Positions 1 to 12,400 of a DNA stretch of 64,000 nucleotides are shown here, piece after piece. The notes under the pieces are model-generated. The model had not been told where the DNA came from, did no database searches, and saw nothing but the letters and a program-made list of their open reading frames with translations. The position numbers and the translations under genes are program-made. The stretch spans positions 3,908,001-3,972,000 of the forward strand of contig JASTWF010000033.1 in NCBI GenBank assembly GCA_030390025.1. Reading direction: 5' to 3'. Origin of the DNA: Squalus acanthias. Its lineage: Eukaryota. Each line of letters opens with the position of its first letter. Within the stretch, counting starts at the first letter, position 1.

Positions 1-374
1 CGTCGGTAATGTCCCTCCGGCTGTGTGGTACTCCTCCTGCCCTCTCCCTCTGACAGTGCAGCCCTCTCACTTATGGCCCCTCAAAAAGTGCAGCATTCCC
101 TCTGTACTGTCCACTCACACAGTGCAGCGCTCCGTCAGTACTGCCACTTCAAAAATGCAGTGATCCCTCATTACTGCCCCTCCGAAAGTGCGGTATTGCC
201 TCAGTAACGTCCATCCCACAGTGTGGCGATCCCTTAGTACTTTCCTCCAACTGTGCGGCGCTTCACCCGTACTGTTCCATTCTGACAGTGCAGCAGTCCA
301 TCAGTACGGCCCCACCGACAGTGCCGCGCTCCCTCAGTCCTGCCCCTCTGACATTTCAGCACTTCCTTAGTACT

Positions 375-472
375 CACAGTAACTCTACCTGAGAAAGGGG
401 CGACAGCTCCGAAAGCTTGTAATTTTAAATAAATCTGTTGGACTATAACCTGGTGTTGTGCGACTTCTCATT
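375..472 (+). mobile_element. Short Penelope-like element (PLE) terminal fragment inserted in the satellite
   Basis: Contains CCGAAAGCTTGT..AAATAAATCTGTTGGACTATAACCTGGTGTTGTGCGAC, as in the PLE ends at 53.4, 57.7 and 58.1-58.7 kb. Flanked by the direct repeat TTAGTACT (367-374, 473-480). Confidence 0.85.
386..421 (+). ncRNA. Degenerate minimal hammerhead ribozyme motif (G8A core variant)
   Basis: tac-CTGAGAA-a-ggggc/gaca/gctcc-GAAA-gc-tt-gta. The core deviates from CUGANGA. Confidence 0.55.
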
Positions 473-3400
473 TTAGTACTTCCGGTCCGACATTGCAGAG
501 CTCCCTCAGTCCTGCGTCTCCAACTGTGGCGCATCCTCATTACTGGCAATCCGACAGTGCAGCACTCTCTCAGTACTGCACCTCCGACAGTGCAGCATTG
601 CCTCAGTACGCCACTCTTCCAGTGCGGCGCTCCCTCAGTACTTCCCCTCCAACAGTGCGGCACTCCCCAGGTACTGCCCCTCCGCCAGTGCAGCTCTCCC
701 TCAGTTCAGAGCCTCCGACAGTGCAGCGCTCCCTCAGTACTGCAGCACCGACAGTCCCGCGCTCCCTCAGTCCTGCCTCTCTGAGAGTGCAGCGCTTCCT
801 CTGTACTGCCAATCCGACAGTACATTGCTCTCTCAGTGCTGTCACTCCGACACTGCGGCGTTCCCTCAGTACCGCCCCTCCGACAGTGCAGCGCTTCCTC
901 AGTACTGCCCTTCCAACAGTGCGGCATTCCTCAGTACTGCTGCAACGACAGTGCAACGCTGCCTCAGTACGAAACCTCCGACAGAGCATGGCTCCCTCAA
1001 TACTGCCAAACTGACATTGCCGCGCTCCCTCAGTTCTGCCCCTCCGAGTGTGTGGAGTTCCCTCAGCCCCGCCCCTCCAATAGTGCAGCGCACCCACAAA
1101 GCAGGCCCTCCGACAATGCACCTCTACCTCAGTACTGCCCCAGCGACAGTGACGTGCTCCCTCAGTCCTGCCCCTCTGATAGTGAGACGCTTAATCAATA
1201 CTGCCCGTCCGACAGTGGCAGCACTCACCATGTACAGCAAATCTGACAGTGCAGCCCTACCTCAATATTGCCCTGCGATAGTGCAGCGTTACCTCAGTAC
1301 TGCCCCTTCGACAATGCGGCGCTCCCTCAGTACTGCCCCTCTGACAGTGCGGCGCTCCCTCAGTGTTGCCCCTCCAACAGAGCGGCGCTCCCTCAGTGCT
1401 GCACCTCCGACAGTGCAGTGCTCCGACGGTTATGTCCCTCAGGCTGTGCGGTGATCCCTCTGTACTCTCCCGCCGACAGTGCAGCGCTCTCTCAGTAATG
1501 CCCCTCCGACAGTGCAGAACTCTCTCAGTACTGTCCCACTGACAGTGCCGCGCTCCGTCAGTCCTGCCCCTCTGAGATTGCAGCGCTTCCGCAGTACTGC
1601 ATTACCGATAGTGCAACTCTCCATCGGTACTACCCCTCCGAAAGTGCATCTTGGCTCAATACTGCCCCTCCGACAGTGCAGCACTCCCTCATTACTGCTC
1701 CTCCGACAATTCCGCTCTCCATCATTCCTGCCCCTCTGACAGTGCAGCTCTTTCCAGTACTTCCAATCCGACAGTACATTGCTCTCTCAGTGCTGCCACT
1801 CCGACACTGCGGCATTCCCTCAGTAACGCCCCTCCGTCAGAGCAGCGCTCCCTCAGTCCTGCCCTTCCAACAGTGCGGCATTCCTCAGTACTGCTGCAAC
1901 GACATTGCAACGCTCTCTCAGTACGAAACCTCCGACAAAGCATGACTCCCTTAGTAGTGCCAAACTGACAGTGCCGTGCTCCCTCTGTTCTGCCCCTCCG
2001 AGTGTGTGGAGTTCCCTCAGCCCCGCCCCTCCAATAGTGCAGCGCACCCACAAAGCAGGCCCTCCGACAATGCACCTCTACCTCAGTACTGCCCCAGCGA
2101 CAGTGACGTGCTCCCTCAGTCCTGCCCCTCTGATAATGAGACGCTTAATCAATACTGCCCGTCCGACAGTAGCAGCACTCACCATGTACAGCAAATCTGA
2201 CAGTGCAGCCCTACCTCAATATTGCCCTGCGATAGTGCAGCGTTACCTCAGTACTGCCCCTTCGACAATGCGGCGCTCCCTCAGTACTGCCCCTCTGACA
2301 GTGCGGCGCTCCCTCAGTGTTGCCCCTCCAACAGAGCGGCGCTCCCTCAGTGCTGCACCTCCGACAGTGCAGTGCTCCGACGGTTAAGCCCTCAGGCTGT
2401 GCGGTGATCCCTCTGTACTCTCCCTCCGACAGTGCAGCGCTCTCTCAGTAATGCCACTCCAACAGTGCAGAACCCCCTCAGTACTGCCCCACTGACAGTG
2501 CCGTGCTCCGTCAGTCCTGCCCCTCTGAGATTGCTGCGCTTCCTCAGTACTGCCAATCCGATAGTGCAGTGCTCCCTCAGTACTCACCCTCTGATAATGC
2601 GGCGCTCCATCAATACTACCCCTCCGACATTGCAGCGTTCCCTCAGTACTGCCCCTCCGACATTGCAGCGTTCCCTCAGTACCGCCACACCGACGGTGCA
2701 GCGCTCCCTCAGTAACGCCCTTCCGACAGTGCGGCGCTCCCTCAGTACTGCTTTTCCAACAGCTCGGCATCCCTCAGTACACCCCCTCCGAAAGTGCAAT
2801 GCTCCCTCAGTACGGATACTCCGACAGTGCACTGCTCTCTCAGTGCAGAATCTCTGTCACTGCAGCTCTTGCACTGTACTGCCCCACCGACAGATACGCG
2901 CTCCCTCACTCCTGCCCTCTGCAAATGGAGCGCTTCCTCAGTTCTGCCAATCCGACAGTGCAACTCTCCATCAGTACTACCCCTCTGAAAGTGCATCTTT
3001 GCCTCAATACTGCCCCTCCGACAGTGCAGCACTCCCTCATTACTGCTCCTCCGACAATTCCGCTCTCCATCATTCCTGCCCTCTGACAGTGCAGCTCTTT
3101 CCAGTACTAATAATCCTCAGTGCTGCCACTCCGAGACTGTGGCGTTCCCTCAGTACCGCCCCTCCGACAGTGCAGCTCTCCTACAGTACTGCCCTTCCAA
3201 CAGTGCGGCATTCCTCAGTACCGCTGCAACAACAGTGCAATGCTCTCTCAGTCCGAAACCTCCGACAGAGCATGGCTCCCTCAGTACTGCCAAACTGACA
3301 GTGCCGCGCTCCCTCAGTTCTGCCCCTCCGAGTGTGTGGAGTTCCCTCAACCCCGCCCCTCCAGTAGAGCAGCGCACACACAAAGCAGGCCCTCCGACAG

Positions 3401-6400
3401 TGCACCTCTACCACAGTACTGCCCCAGCGACAGTGACGCGCTCCCTCAGTCCAACCCCTCAGATAAAGAGACGCTTAATCAATACAGCCCGTCCGACAGT
3501 GCAGCGCTCAGCATGTACAGCAAATCTGACAGTGCAGCCCCACCTCAATATTGCCCTCCGAAAGTGCAGCGCTAACTCAATACTGCCCTTCCGACAGTGT
3601 AGCGCTCCCTAGGTACTGCCCCTCCGAAAATGCGGCGCTCCCTCAGTACTGCCCCTCCGACAGTGCGGCGCTCCCTCAGTGTTGCCCCTCCAACAGAGCG
3701 GCGCTCCCTCAGTGCTGCACCTCCGACAGTGCAGTGCTCCGACGGTTAAGCCCTCAGGCTGTGCGGTGATCCCTCTGTACTCTCCCTCCGACAGTGCAGC
3801 GCTCTCCTAGTAATGCCCCTCCGACAGTGCAGAACTCCCTCAGTACTGCCCCAATGACAGTGCCGCGCTCCGTCAGTCCTGCCCCTCTGAGATTGCAGCG
3901 CTTCCTCAGTACTGCCAAACCGCTACTGCAGCGCTCCCTCAGTACTCACCCTCTAATAATGCGGCGCTCCATCAATTCTACCACTCTGACATTGCAGCGC
4001 TCCCTCAGTACCGCCCCACCGACGGTGCAGCGTTCCCTCAGTACTGCCCCTCCGACATTGCAGCGCTCCCTCAGTAACGACCTTCCGATAGTGCAGCGCT
4101 CCCTCAGTACTGCTTTTCCAACAGCTCGGCATTCCTCAGTACACCCCCTCCGAAAGTGCAATGCTCCCTCAGTACGGATACTCCGACAGTGCAGTGCTCT
4201 CTCAGTGCAGACCCTCTGACCGTGCAGCTCTTGCACTGTACTGCCCCACCGACAGGTACGCGATCCCTCACTCCTGCCGTCTGCAAATGCAGCCCTTCCT
4301 CAGTTTTGCCAATCCGAGAGTGCAACTCTCCGTCAGTACTACCCCTCCGCAAGTGCATCTTTGCCTCAATACTGCCCCTCTGACAGTGCAGCACTCCCGC
4401 AGTACCGCCCCTCCGACAATGCTGCGCTCCCTCAGCACTGCCCCTCCGAGATTCCGGAACTACCTCAGTAATTCCCCTTCGACAGTGTAGCGTTCCCTCT
4501 GTGCCGCCCCTCCAACAGTGCAGCGCTCCCTCAGTCCTGCCCACCCGACAGTGCAGCGCTCCGTCGGTAATGTACCTCTGGCTGTGCCGCTCTCCCTCAG
4601 TACTCTCCGTCCGACAGTGCAGAGCTCTCTCAGTACAGTCAATCCGACAGTTCAGCGATCCCTCAGTAATACACATCCGACACTACAGCACTACCACGGT
4701 ACTGTCCCTCCAACAGTGCGCCACTCCCTCAGTACTGACACTCCGTCAGTGCGGTGGTCCCTCAGTACCACCCCATCGAAAGTGCAGTGATCCCTCAGTA
4801 CTGCCCCTCCCACAGTGCCCCGCTCCCTCATTACTGCTTCTCCAACAGTGAGGCACTCACTCAGTACTGCCTCTTCGACAGTGAAGCGCTCCCTCAGTAC
4901 TGCGCAACCGACAGTGCCACGCTCTGTCAGTCCTGCTCCTCTGAGAGTGCAGCACTTCCTCAGTACTGACAATCCGACATTGCAGCGCCAACTCAGTACT
5001 GCCCCTCCGACAGTGCGGCGCTCCCTCAGTGTTGCCACTCAAACAGAGCGGCGCTCTCTCAGTACTCTCCCTCCGACAGAGCGGCGCTCCCTCAGTACTG
5101 CACCTCCGAGAGTGCAGTGCTCCGACTTTAATGTCCCTCCGGCTGTGCGGTTCTCCCTCTGTACTCTCCCTCCGACAGTGCAGCGCTCTCTCAGTCATTC
5201 CCCTCCAAAAGTACAGCGCTCCCTCAGTAGCGCCCCTCTGACAATGAAGCGCTCCATCAATTCTGCCACTCAAACAGTGCAGCGCTCCCTCAGTACTGCC
5301 CCTCCGACAGTGCTGAACTCCCTCAGTACTCACCCTCCGACAATGAGGCGCTCCATCAGTACTACCCCTCCGATAGTGCAGCGCTCCCTTAGTACCGCCC
5401 CACCGACGGTGCAGAGCTCCCTCAGTCCTGCCCCTCCGACTGTGGCGCACCCTCATTACTGGCAATCCGACAGTGCAGGGCTCCCTCAGTACTGTGTCTC
5501 TGGGTGTGCGGCTCTCCCACAGTACTGCACCTCCGACAGTGCGGCGTTTGCCTCAGTACCGCCCCTCCGTCAGTGCAGCGATCCAACAGTACAGACCCTC
5601 CGACAGTGACGCGCTCCCTCATTACTGCAGCACCGAAAGTGCAGCGCTTCCTCAGTACTGACCCTCCGACAGTGCGGTGCACCCTTAGTACCACCCCTCC
5701 CACAGTGTTCCGCTCCCTCAGTACTGCTTCTCCAACAGTGAGGCACTCCCTCAGTACTACCTATCCGATAGTGCAGCGCTCCCTCAGTACCGCCCCTCCG
5801 ACAGTACGGCGTTCCCTCAGTAACGGAATTCCAAAAGTGCAGGGCTCCCTCAGTACTGCCCCACCGACAGTGCAATGCTCCCTCAGTACGGACTCTCCGA
5901 CAGTGTAGTGCTCTCTCAGTGCAGACCCTCTGACAGTGCAGCTCTTGCTCAGTACGACCCCACCGACAGGGACACGCTCCCTCACTCCTGCCCTCTGCAA
6001 GTGCAGTGCTTTCTCAGTACTGCCAATCCGACAGTGCAACGCTCCCGCAGTACTGCCCCTCCCAAGGTGCAGAGCTCTCTCAGTACTGCCCCTCCGACAG
6101 TGCAGAGATCCCTCAATACTGCCCCTGCGACAGTGCGGCGTCCCCTCAGTAACGCCCTTCCGACAATGCAGCGCTCCCTAAGTACTGCCCTTTCAATAGC
6201 GCGGCATCCCTTAGTTCTGCCCCTCCGAAAGTGCAATGCTCCCTCAGTATGAACTCTCCTGACAGTGCAGTGCATCTCAGTACAGAGCCTCTGACAGTGC
6301 AGCGCTTGCTCAGTACTGCCCCACCGACAGGTACGCGCCCCCGCACTTCATCCTCCTGCAAGTGCAGCACTTACTCAGTTCTGCCAATCCGAGAGAGCAG

Positions 6401-9400
6401 CGCTCCACCAGTACAACCACTCCGAAAGTGCATCTTTGCCTCAATACTGCCCCTCCGACAGTACAGCAATCCCTCAATTCTGCTCCTCCGTCAATGTCGG
6501 CCTCCTCATTCCTGCCCCTCTGAGAGTGCAGCTCTTTCCAGTACTGCCAATCCGTCATTGCAGCACTCACTTAGTACTATCCACTCCGACAGTGCAGTGA
6601 TGCCTCATTACTTCATCCCTGTCAATGAGGCGCTCCCTCAATACTGACCCTCCGACTTTGCAGCACTCCTTCAGTACTACCGCTACGTCAGGGCAGCACT
6701 CCCTCAGTACTGCGCATCCGAGAGTGCGGCACTCCGTCAGTAATTCCTCTCCGATAGTGCTGCATTCCCTCTGTGCCGCCCCTCCAACACTGCAGTGCTC
6801 GCTCAGTCCAGCACATCCGACAGAGCAGCGCACCGTCGGAAATGTACCTCCAGCTGTGCCACTCTCCCTCAGTACTCTCCGTCCGACAGGGCAGCGCTCT
6901 CTCAGTACAGCCAATCTGACAGTTCTGCGATCCCTCAGTAATTCCCATCTGACACTGCAGCGCTACCATTGTACTGCCACGCTCCCCCAGTCCTGCATCT
7001 GCGTGTGCAGTGCTTCCTCAGTACTGCCAATCCGACAGTGCAGCACTCCCTCAGTGCTGCCCCTCCGACAGAGCGGCGCTTCACCCGTACTGCACCTCCT
7101 ACAGTGCGGCAGTCCCTCAGTACTGCCTCACCGACAATGCCGCACTCCCTCAGTCCTCCCCCGCTGACAGTTCAGCACTTCCTCAGTACTGCCAGTCCGA
7201 CGTTGCAGAGCTCCCTCACTCCTGCCCCTCCGACTGTGGCTCACCCTCATTACTGGCAATCCGACAGTGCAGCGCTCCCTCAGTACTGTGTCTCTGGGTG
7301 TGCGGCTCTCCCTCAGTACTGCACCTCCGACAGTGCGCCGTTTGCCTCTGTACCGCCCCTCCGGCAGTGCAGCGCTCCATCAGTACTGTGTCTGTGGGTG
7401 TGCGGCTCTCCCTCAGTACTGCACCTCCGACAGTGCGCCGTTTGCCTCTGTACCGCCCCTCCGGCAGTGCAGCGCTCCATCAGTACTGACCCTCCGACAG
7501 TGACGCACTCACTCAGTACTGCAGCACCGAAAGTGCAGCGCTTCCTCAGTACTGACTCTCCGACAGTGCGGTGCAGCCTCATTACCACTCCTCCCACAGG
7601 GCCCCGCTCCCTCAGTACCGCCTCTCCGACAGTGCGGCGCTCCCTCAGTAACGGCATTCTGAAAGTGCAGCGCTGCCTCATTACTGCTCCTCCGACAGTG
7701 CAATTATCCCTCAGTACGGACACTCGGACAGTGCAGTGCTCTCTCAGTGCAGACGCTCTGACAGCGCAGCTCATGCTCAGTACGGCTCCACCGACAGGGA
7801 CGCGCTCCCTCACTCCTGCCCTCTGCAAGTGCAGTGCTTCCTCAGTACTGCCAATCCGAGAGTGCAGCGCTCCGTCAGTACTACACCTCCGAAACTGCAG
7901 CTTTGCTTCAATACTGCCACTCCAACATTTGCAGCACTCCCTCATTACTGCTCCTCCGATAATGCCGCCCTCCTTCATTCATGCCCCTCTGACAGTGCAG
8001 CTCTTTCCAGTACTGCCAATCCGACAGTGCAGCACTCACTCAGTACTGTCCACTCTGATAGTGCAGTGATGCCTCATTACTTCCCCTCTGACTATGAGGC
8101 GCTCCCTCAATGTTGTCCCTCCGAGATTGCAGCACTCCCTCAGTACTGCACCTCTGACAGTTAAGCGATCCCTCAGTACTGCCCCTACGACAATGCAGGC
8201 GTTCCCTCAGTACAGACCCTCCAAGAGGAGGACACTCCCTCAGTACTTCCAATTCCAACAGTTCAGCATTCCCTCAGCACGGAACGTCCCTCAGTGCGGC
8301 ACTCCCTCAATAATTCCCCTCCGACAGTACAGCGCACCCTCAGTAATTCCCCTCTGACAGTGCAGCGTTCAATCTGTACCGCCCCTCAGACAATGCTGCT
8401 CTCCTTCAGTACTGCCCCTCCGAGAGTGTGGCACTCCCTCAGTTCTTCCCCTCCGACAGAGCAGCATTCCCTCAGTCCTGCCCATCCGAAAATGCAGCGC
8501 TCCCTCAATACTGCCCCTCCCACAGTGCAGAGCTATCTCAGTACTGCCCCTCCGACAGTGCCGCGTTCCCTCAGTACAAACAATCTGACTGTTCAGCGAT
8601 CACTCAGTAATACCCATCTGACACTGCAGCGCTACCACAGTAATGCCCCTCCGACAGTGCAGCGCTCCCTCAGTACAGCCCCACAGAAAGTGCCACGCAC
8701 CCTCTGTCCTGCACTTCTGGGTGTACAGCGCTTCCTCATTACTGGTAATCCGACAGTGCAGCGCTGTCTCAGTACTGCCCCTCCGACAGTGAAGAGCTCC
8801 ATCAGTACTGTTCCTCCGGCTGTGCGGCTCTCGTTCTGTAATGCCCATTCGACAGTGCGGCGCACCCTCAGTCCTGCCCTCCGACAGTGCACTTCTTCCT
8901 CATTAATGATCCTCCGACAGTGCAGTGCTCCCTCAGTATTGCCACACCGACAGTGCCACGCTCCCTGAGTCCATACCCTCTGAGAGTGCAGCGCTTCCTC
9001 AGTACTGCCAATCCGACAGTGCATTGCTCCCTCAGTTCTGCCCTCTGAGAGTTCAGCGCTTCCTCCCTATTGCCAATCCCACAGTGCATTGCTCCCTCAG
9101 TACTGCTACTCTGACAATGAGGCACTCCATCAATACTAATATTCCGAAAGAGCAGCGCTCCCTCAGTATTGACTCTCTGAAAGATAGCGCTCCATCAGTG
9201 CTGACAATCTGATAGAGCAGCGCTCCCTCAGTATCGATCATCCGACGGTGCAGCGCTGCCTCAGTACTGCCAGTCCGACATTGCGGCGTTCCCTCAGTAC
9301 CGTCCCTCCGACAGTGCAGTGCTCCCTCAGTACTGCTCATCCGACAGTGCAGCAATCCCTCAGTACTGCCCCTCCGACAGTGCAGCGCTCCATCAGACCT

Positions 9401-12400
9401 GCCCCTCCGACAGTGCAGAGCTCCGTCGGTAATGTCACTCCGGCTGTGCGGTGCTGCCTCAGTACTCACCCCCCGACAGTGCAGCGCTCCCTCAGTAGAG
9501 CCACACCAACAGTGCAGTGCTCCCTCAGTTACGCCCCTCTAACCATGAGGCGCTCCTTCAATACAGGCCCCTCAGACAGTGCAGCGCTTCCTCATTACTG
9601 CCCCTCCGACAGGGCAGCGCTCCCTCAGTACTGCCACTCCTACAGTGCAGTGCTACATCACTACCGCCACTCCGACAGTGCAGCGTCCCATCAGTACTGC
9701 CCCTTGACATTGCGGCGCTCCATCAGTAAATCACATCCGACAGTGCAGCTCTCCCTCTGTACTGTCTACGCATTTATTGCAGCGCTTGTACAGTACTCCC
9801 CTTCCAATAGTGCAGCGATCCCTCAGTACTGCTCTCCGATACTGCAGCGCTACCTCAATACTGCCCATCCGACAGTGCAGTTCTGCCACAGTACTGCCAC
9901 TCTGACAATGAGGTGCTTCATCAATACTCCTCCTCCGACAATGCGGGATTCCTCAGTACTCCTCCAACGACAGGTCAACGCTCCCTCAGTACGGATACTC
10001 TTACAGTGCAACGCTCCCTCAGTCCTGTCCCTGTGACAGTGTAGCGCTTCCTCAGCACTGCCAATCCGACAGTATGGCGTTCCCTCAGTATTGCCGCTCC
10101 GAAAGTGCGGCACTCCCTCAGTACTGTTCCTCTGGCTGTGCGGCGCTCCATGAGTAAATCTTATATGACAGTACAATGCTCCCTCAGTACTGTCCTTCCA
10201 ACAGTTCAGCGCTCACTCAATACAGCAACTCTGAAAGTGCAGCGCTCCCTCAGTAGCGCCACACAAAGAGTGCAGTGCTCCCTCAGTACTGCCCCTCTGA
10301 CCATGAGGCGCTCCTTCAATACAGCCCCTGAGACAGTGCAGCGCTCCCTCAGTACCGACCCTCCGACAGTGCAGCGCTCCCTTACCACTGCCCATCCTAC
10401 AGTGCAGCGCTCCCTCAGTACTGCCACTCCTACAGTGCAGTGCTCCCTCAGTACTGCCCCTCTGACCATGAGGCACTCAAACAATACAGGCCCCTCAGAC
10501 AGTGCAGCAGCGTCCCCTCAGTACTGCCCCTTGACATTGAGGCGCTCCATCAGTAAATCACATCCGACAGTGCAGCTCTCCCTCTGTACTGTCTACGCAT
10601 TTAGTGCAGCGCTCCGACAGTACTCTCCTTCCTACTGTGCAGCGATCCCTCAGTACTGCTCTCCGATCCTGCAGCGCTACCTCAATCCTGCCCATCCGAC
10701 AGTGCAGTTCTCCCACAGTATTGCCCCTCTGACAATGAGGTGCTTCAACAATACTGCTCCTCCAACAGTGCGGATCCCTCAGTACTCCTCCAACGACAGG
10801 TCAACGCTCCCTCAGAACGGACACTCTTACAGTGCAACGCTCCCTCAGTCCTGTCCCTCTGACAGTGCAGCGCTTCCTCAGTACTGCCAATACGACAGTA
10901 TGGCGTTCTCTCAGTATTGCCCCTCCGAAAGTGCGACACTCGCTCAGTACTGCTCCTCTGGCTGTGCGGCGCTGCAACAGTAAATCTAATCCAACAGTAC
11001 AGTGCTCCCTCAGTGCTGTCTCTCCGACAGTTCAGCGCTCACTCAATACAACCACTCTGACAGTCCAGCGATCCCTCAGTACTACCCATCCGACAATGAA
11101 GCGCTATCTCAGTACTGCCCCTTCAACAGTGCAGTTCTCCCTCAGTACTACCACACCGACAGTGCCGCGTTCTCTCAGTCCTGCCCCTGTGAGAGTGCAG
11201 CCCTACCTCAGTACTGCCAATCCCACTGTGCATTGCTCCCTCAATACTGCACCTCTGATAATGAGGCGCTCCATCAATACTGCCCCTCCGTCAGTGCAGC
11301 GCTCCCTGAGTAACTCACAACCGACGGTGCAGCTTTCCCTAAATACTGCCACTCCGACATTGCGGCACTCCCTCAGTAGTGCTGCTCCGACAGTGTAACG
11401 CTCCCTCAGTACGGACCCTCTGAACAATGCTGTGCTCCCTCAGTACTGCCTCACCGAGAGTGCCCCGCACACTCAGTCCTGTCCCTCTGTCAATGCAGTG
11501 CTTCCTCAGTTCTGACAATCCGACAGTTCGGTGTTCCCTCAGAATTTCCGCTACGACTGTGCTGCACTCCCTCAGTACTGCTTCGCTGACAGTGCTGCAC
11601 TCCCGCATTACTGCCCCTCGACAGTGAGACACTCACTGAATATTGCCCCTCTGTCAGTGCAGCGCTCCCTCAGTACTGTTCCTCTGGCTGTGCGGCGCTC
11701 CATGAGTAAATCTTATATGACAGTACAATGCTCCCTCAGTACTGTCCTTCCAACAGTTCAGCGCTCACTCAGTACAGCAACTCTGAAAGTGCAGCGCTCC
11801 CTCAGTAGCGCCACACAAAGAGTGCAGTGCTCCCTCAGTACTGCCCCTCTGACCAAGAGGCGCTCCTTCAATACAGCCCCTGAGACAGTGCAGCGGTCCC
11901 TCAGTACCGACCCTCCAACAGTGCAGCGCTCCCTTACCACTGCCCCTCCTACAGTGCAGCGCTCCCTCAGTACTGCCACTCCTACAGTGCAGTGCTCCAT
12001 CAGTACTGCCCCTCTGACCATGAGGCACTCAATCAATACAGGCCCCTCAGACAGTGCAGCGCTCCCTCATTACTGCCCCTCATACAGAGCAGCGCTACCT
12101 CACTACCGCCAGTCCGACAGTGCAGCTTTCCCTCAGTACTGCCCCTTGACATTGAGGCGCTCCATCAGTAAAGCACATCCGACAGTGCAGCTCTCCCTCT
12201 GTACTGTCTACGCATTTCGTGCAGAGCTCCGACAGTACTCTCCTTCCTACAGTGCAGCGATCCCTCAGTACTGCTCTCCGATCCTACAGCGCTACCTCAA
12301 TCCTGCCCATCCGACAGTGCAGTTCTCCCACAGTACTGCCCCTCTGACAATGAGGTGCTTCAACAATACTGCTCCTCCAACAGTGCGGATCCCTTAGTAC